NCBI GenBank assembly: GCA_030649345.1
Contig: JAUSKK010000038.1
Location: 30,001 to 62,000, forward strand
DNA from: Candidatus Iainarchaeum sp.
GTDB taxonomy: Archaea; Iainarchaeota; Iainarchaeia; Iainarchaeales; 0-14-0-20-34-12
Direction of reading: 5' to 3'
DNA length: 32,000 nucleotides
In this document: positions 14,062 through 21,566 of the stretch, piece after piece
How positions within the stretch are numbered: the stretch's first letter is position 1
Layout: every line of letters starts with the position of its first letter
Program-made: the position numbers and the translations under genes
The notes under the pieces: model-generated
The model's database searches: none
Told to the model about the DNA's origin: nothing
The model's input: only the letters and a program-made list of their open reading frames with translations

Positions 14062-16650
14062 ATGAAGTTTTTTCGATTGCTGGGCTTTTTCTTAATTCTA
14101 TTTACTATTTTTGCAGTGAATGGATTTGCTGCAAATTGTTCAGCTATGCCTGCATCCATTGATGGTGTTCCTACTCCGCCTGCAGTTACTTTTTCGGATA
14201 ACTATCATTTAACTCGTGCTGGTCCAGGAATTATTTTCAAACTTACAGACCATTGTACTGGTGCAGATCCAGCCAACGATGGTTTTTTGCAAGTTTTAGG
14301 CCAAGATAATGTCACTTTAGATTGTGATGGACATACTTTAAAAATTACAGGAACTTCTGGAACCGCTGTTCAAATTTCTGATTCTGCCAATAAACCTTCT
14401 CAAAATATTACCGTGATTGGATGCACTATTTTTGCCCCCAGCAATGCAATTTCCATTAAAGGTTCCAATAAAATTTTTGTGGAAGGAAATGATAAATTAG
14501 TTGGCGGTATTGTTGGTGTAAAAATCTTGGATTCCTCAGAAGTTAGTGTAAGTGAAAATACACAGATTAATAGTACTGAAGCTGAATATTATTTTGAATA
14601 TCCTACGTTTCCAGATCCGCATATTATTCCAAAGACTGGAATTCAATCTACGGGTACCAGTGATTTGAATGTTAAACAAAATACTATTATTTTTGCCGGA
14701 GAATATGGAATTGATGTGGTAAGCGGAGACCGGATTAATATTCGTTCCAATTCAAGAATTGAAGGGCAATATGCAAACAATGCTTCCAATCGAACTTTGT
14801 TTGGAATACACGTAAATGATTCTGCAAGCTCAGAGATTTTTAATAATCGTGTTTTAAAATTCAAGAATGCTGGAATGTATTTGCAAAATCTTTCAGATAG
14901 TTTAATTGCAAAAAATAGAATTTCAGACATTGGTGTTTCTGGACAACCCAACGGTCATGGTATTGAAATTAGTTATTCTGGTTTTTTGGATTTGAATGAA
15001 AATACTATTGAACTTTCTTTGCTGGATGGAATTCGCTTGATTGAATCGGATGGTGTGCTTATTCAAAATAATTTAATTAAATTAAATAATGGTTCTGGAA
15101 TTCGAAGTTTGGGTTTATCGGATGGAATTACTGTTTTACGAAATCAACTATTGGACAATCAAGACGGAGCAGTTTTGAGTACAACCAAAAACAATGCTAT
15201 TTTTACTTTTTCTGAAAATACAGTTTCAAATAATATTTCAGGTTTGTCTGTAAATGCTTTAGCGCCTTTAACTCCAACCAGTTCAGTGGATGCAGTTATT
15301 CAAAATAATGTATTTACTTCCACTAGTGGAATTATGCAAATTGCAACCAATTTAGTAAATGCCGGAAATATTACAGTCCAAGGAAATACGTATAAGAATT
15401 CAACTACTGTTGCATTGCAGGCTTGGGGTGTAAATAATTTGCAAGTCATTTCAGACAATATTTTTGAAGATAATGCTATTGGAATTGTTGCTAAGCCTAG
15501 TTCAGCTCCAGGCGGGCGAAATTGCGGAATAGTTGAAATTGGTTCTCCTGTGGATATACCTATGCAAGATATTGGAACCATTGCTAATACGTTTAGAGGA
15601 AATACTCAAATTGGAATTTCACTTACTCGCTGTTCCAATGTTGACCTGTTTCATTCATTGATTGATTTGTCTGCTGTGGGAATTTATGCAAACGGAAATT
15701 CTGCAATTGAAATTGCAGGCAATCAAATTCAAAATGGAATGTTTGGAATTATATTATCTGGTCAAGGAAAAGGAAATTATAATGGAGCAAATTTGAATGC
15801 ACCGTTTTCAATTTATACTAATAAAATTTTGCAAAACCAAGTCGGGTTAGTTTTATTGAATAGTTTGCCTTTAGCTCAAGCCAATGGCTTTGAAGATGCT
15901 GTGTTCAATAATGAATTTCAAAGCACTGTAAAGGATTTAAATTTTTTAACCGATGCTCCGGTGAATATTCTATGGAAAATGAGTCCAGGAATTCAATGCG
16001 GTATGGGTCCCAATTTAGTGGGCGGGCGTTGTGTGGGTGGAAATTATTGGAAAAATTATTCTGGAACAGACTCCGATAGTCCTGCAGATGGAATTGGAGA
16101 CCAAGGAATAGGTGTCAAAGATCCGTATACTGCTTCTACTATTACTGCTGGCGGAATTACTCAAACTGCTATGGATGAATATCCTTTGACTTCAATTGCA
16201 AGACCTGAGCCAGTGTTTGAATGCAGGCTTGATTTAGATTGTGTAAATGTTCCTGACGCATGTACTTTAGGAAGGTGTAATATTCAACCAGGTGATGCTG
16301 GCGGTTCATGTGTTTACGATCAACCAATAGTTTGTCCTGCTGGAACTGGTGTATGCAATCCAGTCAATGGGCAATGTGAATTAGCTCAAATTCAAGTGCA
16401 AGCTTGCACCAATGATTTAGAGTGCTTGAATGCAGATGGATTAACATGTACTTTAGAAACATGTGATCTAGGCGCAGGTCAATGTGTTTCTGCTGTAAAA
16501 GTTTGTGATCAAGGCTTGGTTTGTGCTGAACCTTCCGGTGAATGTAAACCTCTTGCAGCTGGTCCGCCGATTGGAGTGAATGAAAGCAATCCAATTATTG
16601 TTTTATTAATTTTAGGAATTGTTTTAGTTTTAGTATTTAAGAAAAAGTAA
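14062..16650 (+). CDS. large secreted NosD-like right-handed beta-helix surface protein with Cys-rich stalk and C-terminal TM anchor
   Basis: The signal peptide 'MKFFRLLGFFLILFTIFAVNGFA' supports ATG 14062 over the TTG at 14041. There are many repeats of about 22 aa of the type 'GI.v..S.....v..N.I', for example 'GIDVVSGDRINIRSNSRIEG' and 'GIRLIESDGVLIQNNLIK'. A NosD-type 'GGNYWKNYSGTDSDSPADGIGDQ' is present. Two Cys-rich modules follow, and the protein ends 'NPIIVLLILGIVLVLVFKKK'. Confidence 0.8.
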   Translation: MKFFRLLGFFLILFTIFAVNGFAANCSAMPASIDGVPTPPAVTFSDNYHLTRAGPGIIFKLTDHCTGADPANDGFLQVLGQDNVTLDCDGHTLKITGTSGTAVQISDSANKPSQNITVIGCTIFAPSNAISIKGSNKIFVEGNDKLVGGIVGVKILDSSEVSVSENTQINSTEAEYYFEYPTFPDPHIIPKTGIQSTGTSDLNVKQNTIIFAGEYGIDVVSGDRINIRSNSRIEGQYANNASNRTLFGIHVNDSASSEIFNNRVLKFKNAGMYLQNLSDSLIAKNRISDIGVSGQPNGHGIEISYSGFLDLNENTIELSLLDGIRLIESDGVLIQNNLIKLNNGSGIRSLGLSDGITVLRNQLLDNQDGAVLSTTKNNAIFTFSENTVSNNISGLSVNALAPLTPTSSVDAVIQNNVFTSTSGIMQIATNLVNAGNITVQGNTYKNSTTVALQAWGVNNLQVISDNIFEDNAIGIVAKPSSAPGGRNCGIVEIGSPVDIPMQDIGTIANTFRGNTQIGISLTRCSNVDLFHSLIDLSAVGIYANGNSAIEIAGNQIQNGMFGIILSGQGKGNYNGANLNAPFSIYTNKILQNQVGLVLLNSLPLAQANGFEDAVFNNEFQSTVKDLNFLTDAPVNILWKMSPGIQCGMGPNLVGGRCVGGNYWKNYSGTDSDSPADGIGDQGIGVKDPYTASTITAGGITQTAMDEYPLTSIARPEPVFECRLDLDCVNVPDACTLGRCNIQPGDAGGSCVYDQPIVCPAGTGVCNPVNGQCELAQIQVQACTNDLECLNADGLTCTLETCDLGAGQCVSAVKVCDQGLVCAEPSGECKPLAAGPPIGVNESNPIIVLLILGIVLVLVFKKK
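16219..16551 (+). repeat. tandem duplicated Cys-rich module (protein-level repeat) within the surface protein
   Basis: 'ECRLDLDCVNVPDACTLGRCNIQPGDAGGSCVYDQPIVCPAGTGVCNPVNGQCE' and 'ACTNDLECLNADGLTCTLETCDLGAGQCVSAVKVCDQGLVCAEPSGECK' have the same Cys spacing and both contain the core 'DL(D/E)C(V/L)N...CTL..C'. Confidence 0.7.
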
Positions 16651-16663
16651 TTAAATCAATTTT

Positions 16664-17404
16664 TTAGAAACTAATTGTAGAATAAACGTTTCCTACAAAG
16701 CTCATTATGAATAAGACCAGCACTAGCAAAACTAAATTTCCAATGATTCCAAATTTTCCTGCTTGGCTGATTATTTTGTAGGGAATTAAAAGCAATGCAA
16801 AAAATATTCCAAGCAATAGTTGTAATAGTGAAAGAATGCTTAACAAATATCCATTAATCACTGGCTGATTTTGGTTCACAATGTCTTCCAATACTTGTCT
16901 GGATTCAGTGGTTAACAAATTGTCTGAAATAAATTGCTGAAGTTTAACTGAATTTTTTTGTTCTAAAATTAACAATAAATCGGCTGTTTGAAATTCAGAT
17001 AATTTTTCATTCAAACTAACTTTCATTACACTCAAATAAGCAGGCGGTGTAAAAAACATTGTTGAAATAATTAAAATTAAAGAAAATAAAGAAAAATAAA
17101 CAAATGAAATAGAAACAGCTGAAGCAATCGACGAAAAGCCTTTGGGCATTCCTGTTTTTCCTTTTAGTAAAAGAATAGCAAAATATAAAATAGCACTTGC
17201 GATTAACCAGCCGATAATTCCTTTTAATAATCCAAATCCAATATTGGTTGGATTTAATGAAATGCCAACTTGAACTGCATAAATTAATCCCAAGATGCTG
17301 GAAATGATTATGAAAAAAATTCCCAAACCTAGATTGGGTGTTTCTAAAGCAGACTTTACATTTTCTCCTGGTTTAAATAAAAGTGATTTAAAATGAACAA
17401 ACAT
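16664..17404 (-). CDS. Yip1-like polytopic membrane protein
   Basis: The N-terminus 'MFVHFKSLLFKPGENVKSAL' followed by 5 or more hydrophobic helices fits the Yip1-domain layout. I start it at ATG 17404. The longer track ORF (to 17491) would overlap the upstream gene by 53 nt. Confidence 0.55.
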   Translation of the reverse strand: MFVHFKSLLFKPGENVKSALETPNLGLGIFFIIISSILGLIYAVQVGISLNPTNIGFGLLKGIIGWLIASAILYFAILLLKGKTGMPKGFSSIASAVSISFVYFSLFSLILIISTMFFTPPAYLSVMKVSLNEKLSEFQTADLLLILEQKNSVKLQQFISDNLLTTESRQVLEDIVNQNQPVINGYLLSILSLLQLLLGIFFALLLIPYKIISQAGKFGIIGNLVLLVLVLFIMSFVGNVYSTISF

Positions 17405-17438
17405 CAAGAAAATATAGGTGTTTAAGTTATTTAAATGT

Positions 17439-17837
17439 TTACTCTGAAATTGTTTCAAGCCTAAATTCCAATTTAGCTGGATTTTCTGCAATATACTCTT
17501 GTACGCCGACAGAAGAATACTCTTGGTTTACGTAAAAAGCCCAATATTCTTTCGAAGAATCTGCCTGCAGGCCATTAATGCTGGTAATGAATTTTCCAAA
17601 TGAAAAATCTTGAAATTCAATAACTGTATTTTCTTGCATTATTTGAAATGCAGTCTTTCCTTTTTGAATTTGAATATTTTTGTCTAAAACCAGCTCATTT
17701 TCGGAATTGTATGCCTGCAATTCAATGGAAACAGTTCCAATTTGTGCTGAAACAAACTGTTCCTTAACTTGAGTTTGAACAAAAATACTTGCAGAAATTA
17801 AAGCCAATACAAATGCAATAAAAATAAAACGATTCAT
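17439..17837 (-). CDS. secreted DUF4430-like (transcobalamin-fold) small binding protein
   Basis: 132 aa. The signal or anchor 'MNRFIFIAFVLALISASIFV' is followed by 'GKTAFQIMQEN...FGKFITSINGLQADSSKEYWAFYVNQEYSSVGVQEYI', which matches the usual DUF4430 pattern (G.fv.sI.G......yW.y.vN). Confidence 0.6.
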   Translation of the reverse strand: MNRFIFIAFVLALISASIFVQTQVKEQFVSAQIGTVSIELQAYNSENELVLDKNIQIQKGKTAFQIMQENTVIEFQDFSFGKFITSINGLQADSSKEYWAFYVNQEYSSVGVQEYIAENPAKLEFRLETISE

Positions 17838-17847
17838 TTTTTCTCCT

Positions 17848-18393
17848 TTATTTTATGAAAAAATTAAACACATTAGATTGTACGTGCATTCGTGCTGAAT
17901 AAATTTGTTCAGCTAATTGTTTGCCTAGAACTGGGTCCAGTATTGGGGCCAATATCCAAGTGTAAGTCAAACCACTGGAGATATGCATTAAAGTAAATGG
18001 AATTTGACCCATGAATGCAAGCTGGAATGAAATTTTGAAAACAACAGAGCTCATAATAGGGCCTGTAACTAAATCAAATAAAAGAATTCCAAAAATGGCT
18101 GTAAAAGTATATGTGCGCAAACTACTTTTTTTGTTTTTTAAATATTTAGAAAATCCAATGGCAATCAATCCATATACAACTGCTGTAATCCAAGTCCAAA
18201 TTCCTATTTTATTGGTAATGAAATCAAATGCAACCATTGTGCTGAAAGCAAACAATCCGACTTTCCAGGCCTTGTCTTGTTTTCCGTAAGGTAAAATGAA
18301 TCCCATAATGGGATCGTTGTTGGGGAAAAGTTTTAATAATCTGTAAAAATTGCAGGCCATTAAGCTGAACGAATATTTGAGAAAAGAATTCAT
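17848..18393 (-). CDS. small 5-6 TM membrane protein (unknown; possible uptake partner of the adjacent DUF4430 protein)
   Basis: 181-aa hydrophobic ORF 10 nt upstream of the DUF4430 gene on the same strand. The functional suggestion rests on gene context only. Confidence 0.5.
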   Translation of the reverse strand: MNSFLKYSFSLMACNFYRLLKLFPNNDPIMGFILPYGKQDKAWKVGLFAFSTMVAFDFITNKIGIWTWITAVVYGLIAIGFSKYLKNKKSSLRTYTFTAIFGILLFDLVTGPIMSSVVFKISFQLAFMGQIPFTLMHISSGLTYTWILAPILDPVLGKQLAEQIYSARMHVQSNVFNFFIK

Positions 18394-18521
18394 GCAAAAC
18401 TAAAAGAACTTTCAAATTAAAAAGCTGTGCTTTTTTCTAAAAATCGAAACGCAAAAAGTTGGACAAACGGAATGTTTTTATTAAAAAGAATAGTATTGAA
18501 TTAACGGAGTGTGAATAAATT

Positions 18522-18689
18522 ATGGCTTCAAGAGATTCAAGTGAAGGTGTAGGTATTCGAACAAAGCGTGGAAGAATTATTGTAGCTCCTGTAAAAGGTC
18601 CATCCAAGCAAGGAGTATTTCGTTTGGCTCAAGCGCCTAAAACAGTTAGTCGCAGAAAACGAACAGCTATGCGTCATGCATTAAGATAA
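18522..18689 (+). CDS. small (55 aa) highly basic protein, below the ORF-track length cutoff
   Basis: My own translation is 'MASRDSSEGVGIRTKRGRIIVAPVKGPSKQGVFRLAQAPKTVSRRKRTAMRHALR'. 'ggag' at 18506-18509 lies 12 nt upstream of the ATG. The ORF fills an otherwise empty gap 20 nt before ORF 18710-19156. Its composition matches the basic tails of the orphan set. Confidence 0.45.
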   Translation: MASRDSSEGVGIRTKRGRIIVAPVKGPSKQGVFRLAQAPKTVSRRKRTAMRHALR

Positions 18690-18709
18690 TTTGATTTTAT
18701 GGGCTAAAT

Positions 18710-19156
18710 ATGGTGAGTCGTTTTTCAAAATTTTCAAGAAAACCTAGGTCGCATGCATTTACTAAAAACTTTGCTCCAACTTTGGTTGCAATGGATGCTG
18801 TAGTTTCTGCTCGAATTCGTGCCAATATTTTCAAATTTGCCGGCAATCCAAGAGTAAGCAAAAGTCAATTGTATGCGCGATTTCCCAGTTATTCAACACA
18901 CTTTTTGGATAGGGTTACAAAAAGTATTGATTGGCGGGCGAGAACGAAAAGCATTTTTGGACTTAAGAAAAAGCCTGCATATAAAAAAAGAAAACCGAAA
19001 AAGAAAAAAGTAAATTCATCTTTTCATAGAAATCAGGCAGGTTTATTTATGGCAGACTTTCAATCTAGAAAATTTACAGATACGCAATTAATGAAAACGT
19101 ATGGAATTTCTTTTGCAAAATTTCAAGAATTAACCGGTCGCTTACCTAGAAATTAG
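18710..19156 (+). CDS. orphan basic-tail protein, paralogue of ORF 10117-10674 in its C-terminal domain
   Basis: 148 aa. N-terminus 'MVSRFSKFSRKPRSHAF', Lys-rich linker 'KKKPAYKKRKPKKKK', and C-terminus 'FMADFQSRKFTDTQLMKTYGISFAKFQELTGR', which aligns with 'FLNDLHSGNFSDAELMTKYENAGLTSNKFEELTGR' of ORF 10117-10674. Confidence 0.65.
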   Translation: MVSRFSKFSRKPRSHAFTKNFAPTLVAMDAVVSARIRANIFKFAGNPRVSKSQLYARFPSYSTHFLDRVTKSIDWRARTKSIFGLKKKPAYKKRKPKKKKVNSSFHRNQAGLFMADFQSRKFTDTQLMKTYGISFAKFQELTGRLPRN

Positions 19157-19157
19157 T

Positions 19158-20225
19158 TTATCGTGTAACTTTGGCTTGCAAAAGTTTTTCGTATAATTCT
19201 TTTGCTTTTTTATTTTTTTCAAAATGTTCCCGAATGGGTTGAATTAATTCATTTAAATAAAATCCTGTGCTTTTCTTTAAATCCATGGGGTGCAGTTTTC
19301 CTTCTCGGAACAAGATTTCTAACTCTAAATAAGACTGAATTTCTAAATTTCCTCCGAATTTTTCAGGTCTTTGAATTTTCATTTCAGAAAATTTTTCAAA
19401 CACCATATGTTTGCAGTAATCTAAAACTGGATTGTTTTCGGTTATTTTTTCTGGGCAATATGCTTTGTTGATTTTTTGCTGAATGACTTCAACTGAATCG
19501 TGTACAAAGATTGCACTTTCGGGTTTGCTTTTGCTCATTTTGCTTTCAAGGGGATCAGCTTCTTTGACTCCCTGCAAACTATGCAGCATATGGTGGTGGA
19601 CTGCCACTGGTTTTTTCCAGCCTGTTTTGTCTGCAACTTCTCTGGCCAATATGTTGGCTCTTCTTTGATCCAATCCAAGCTGGCATATGTCTACATCTAA
19701 TTCAAAAATATCTGCAACTTGCATGCATGGATAATACAATTGGGCTGCGTGCAAGTTTTCGGATTCTTTTCGTCCCATAATACTTAGAGCTCGAGTTAAT
19801 CTAGGCAAAGTAATATTTCTTCCTACTTCTAATACACGGTGCCAATAATCTAAGGAATCCATTTTTTGAGAAGCCCATTCTATTTGAATTTTCTTTTTGT
19901 CTTCTACTGGCACTCCTGCAGCTTTCCATACTTCAATAAAATAATTTCCACAAGTCTGAATCATTTCCAGATTTCCTTCAAATTTATTGTTGGCCATGGC
20001 ATGATAATCAGCAATCCATAATTTGAATACTGCTCCAGCTTCCACCATTTTTTGAATATTGATGGCTCGATAAATAGCAAACGGCAAATGTGCAAAGCCG
20101 GATGGTTCGAATCCATCGTAGGCAATAAAAGATTTTTTTTGATTCAATAATTGAATTAATTCTTCTTCTGTGACAATTTCTTCTCCGACTTGTTTTATTA
20201 ATTCCAATCTTTTTTGTGTATCCAT
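19158..20225 (-). CDS. tyrS: tyrosyl-tRNA synthetase, archaeal/eukaryal type
   Basis: 355 aa with 'AYDGFEPSG', 'YPCMQVADI', 'QLGLDQRR', 'KMSKSKP' and 'RPEKFGGNLEIQSYLELEILFREGKLHPMDLK'. The last closely matches the archaeal TyrRS C-terminal region as I remember it. Confidence 0.9.
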   Translation of the reverse strand: MDTQKRLELIKQVGEEIVTEEELIQLLNQKKSFIAYDGFEPSGFAHLPFAIYRAINIQKMVEAGAVFKLWIADYHAMANNKFEGNLEMIQTCGNYFIEVWKAAGVPVEDKKKIQIEWASQKMDSLDYWHRVLEVGRNITLPRLTRALSIMGRKESENLHAAQLYYPCMQVADIFELDVDICQLGLDQRRANILAREVADKTGWKKPVAVHHHMLHSLQGVKEADPLESKMSKSKPESAIFVHDSVEVIQQKINKAYCPEKITENNPVLDYCKHMVFEKFSEMKIQRPEKFGGNLEIQSYLELEILFREGKLHPMDLKKSTGFYLNELIQPIREHFEKNKKAKELYEKLLQAKVTR

Positions 20226-20234
20226 GGCAATCCC

Positions 20235-20915
20235 TTATTTTTCAAATCTAGTTAATAATTCTTTTTCTCCAATTAAGCTAAAAACAAATACATTGTCTTT
20301 TTCAGGTTCAAATTGATGTCGTCCGCGTACTGGTTTTGGTTTTAAGCTGACCATGATGTGGTCTGCAATGTGTTTGTTGACTTCTACTGCAAAAGCATCA
20401 ATGCCGATTGAATGATTAATGGACGAAATTAATTCTGTTTTTTCTAAGTTTGTTCGCAATTCGCGTACTGCCTGTATTAATTGGGCATGAAATGCTCTTT
20501 GATCTTTTATTTTGTTTTTGGCTAAAAATTGTTCAATCAATGCTTTTCTTTTTTTAGGTAAATTGATTCCGCTTAAATGGATTTCAAGTTCTTGTAAAGT
20601 AGGATTTTTGGAAAAAACATAAATTCTTTGTCTCGGAGTTTCTTGGGTAATTCGCAAAGAACGTAGTTCGTATCTTTTGGGTTTAATGACTCCTTCTTGA
20701 ATTAATTGACTGTGCGCATTTGTTAAAGGCTGCCTTCTTTGAATGTTTTGAGTTTGTTCATGTTCTGAGATAGTTTGAACAATTCTGCGTGTTCTTCTAG
20801 CTTTAACAATTTGTTTGTTGGAAACAACAAGACCTGCAGTTCCTTCAATATTGGTTGCATATTTTGGAAACATTTTTGCGCGCGTTCTAGGCCTTCTTGA
20901 AAAAACAGGTTTCAT
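20235..20915 (-). CDS. orphan basic-tail protein directly upstream of tyrS
   Basis: 226-aa ORF opening 'MKPVFSRRPRTRAKMF'. Its stop is 9 nt before the tyrS start, so co-transcription is likely. It has the HTH-like segment 'PTLQELEIHLSGINLPKKRKALIEQFL'. Confidence 0.6.
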   Translation of the reverse strand: MKPVFSRRPRTRAKMFPKYATNIEGTAGLVVSNKQIVKARRTRRIVQTISEHEQTQNIQRRQPLTNAHSQLIQEGVIKPKRYELRSLRITQETPRQRIYVFSKNPTLQELEIHLSGINLPKKRKALIEQFLAKNKIKDQRAFHAQLIQAVRELRTNLEKTELISSINHSIGIDAFAVEVNKHIADHIMVSLKPKPVRGRHQFEPEKDNVFVFSLIGEKELLTRFEK

Positions 20916-20953
20916 ATAGTATATATTTTTTAAAAGTTTTTAATTCTGTCGTT

Positions 20954-21514
20954 TTATTTGAAAATGCAATCCTGCCATTTTTGGCCTTCTGATTTCAGCC
21001 ATTCTTCATACAATTGCCTGTAATTTTTTGTACTGCTTTCCGACCAAGCTAAATTTAGCAATTCGGCTGTTTTTTGGATGTTTTTTTCAGTTCCTTCGAT
21101 TTCCAATACTTGAATAAATGGCAAAGTATCTAAATCCAACAAACAACCATTGAGTTTCCATGTCTCAAATTTGATTTCGTACTTCCAGTATTTTTGAAAG
21201 CCTAATTCTGGCAAAATTTTTTCCAGTTTGTGTACGTGTTTTTCGTTTAATTCAAATTCGATTTCTTGTTCTTGTTTAAATTCTTGATTTCCTTGAATTT
21301 TTTTCTTGTATCCAATAATAAATTTTTTTCCATGTTTTCGAATTCTCAATAGTTTTTTTTCATTTCTTAGTTTTTGATCTATTGTATCATACAATTGTGT
21401 GTATTCAAATCCTTTTTCCAAAAGTTTTCCTTTGAGTTTTTTTAGTTTTTTCCGAATTGAATTAAAGTCGTTTACAATGAATTTGATTTCGGTTTCAATT
21501 TCAGAAGAATGCAT
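20954..21514 (-). CDS. CYTH-domain protein (class IV adenylate cyclase / triphosphate tunnel metalloenzyme family)
   Basis: 186 aa. It has the N-terminal ExExK signature 'EIETEIKF', then 'LRIRKHGKKFIIGYKK' and the 'LDLD...VLEIEG' acidic strands typical of CyaB/CYTH. Confidence 0.75.
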   Translation of the reverse strand: MHSSEIETEIKFIVNDFNSIRKKLKKLKGKLLEKGFEYTQLYDTIDQKLRNEKKLLRIRKHGKKFIIGYKKKIQGNQEFKQEQEIEFELNEKHVHKLEKILPELGFQKYWKYEIKFETWKLNGCLLDLDTLPFIQVLEIEGTEKNIQKTAELLNLAWSESSTKNYRQLYEEWLKSEGQKWQDCIFK

Positions 21515-21566
21515 TTTGGATTTTTGTATAAAACCATTTATTAATATATTGAATCCAGTTAAGCAT

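Noticed and set aside
16552-16650. C-terminus of the surface protein as a PGF-CTERM/archaeosortase signal
   Set aside because: A TM helix plus a basic tail is present, but there is no 'PGF' motif and no Thr/Ser-rich spacer of the usual kind. I describe it only as a generic C-terminal anchor.
17405-17491. Longer start for the Yip1-like gene (track ORF 16664-17491)
   Set aside because: It would overlap the upstream DUF4430 gene by 53 nt. The internal ATG at 17404 gives the typical Yip1 N-terminus and a 34-nt spacer.
18522-18689. Small basic ORF, and other small basic orphans, as ribosomal proteins
   Set aside because: I do not recognise the sequences as any universal or archaeal r-protein family, and there is no ribosomal operon context. 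The ORF is kept as a hypothetical small protein only.
19202-19700. Plus-strand ORFs 19202-19471, 19483-19668 and 19500-19700 inside tyrS
   Set aside because: They are antisense shadows of a conserved aminoacyl-tRNA synthetase gene.
1697-20915. Orphan Arg-rich genes as cargo of an integrated mobile element or provirus
   Set aside because: They are dispersed singly among core genes on both strands, and some are translationally coupled to those genes. I see no integrase, transposase, terminal repeats, tRNA target or capsid/terminase-like genes in the window.
21399-21566. N-terminal 56-codon extension of the ribL ORF
   Set aside because: The extension overlaps the 5' end of the divergent CYTH gene and has Phe/Ser-rich shadow-frame composition. 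The nucleotidyltransferase fold begins immediately at the ATG at 21567 ('MDLRVLVFGTFDGLHAGH').
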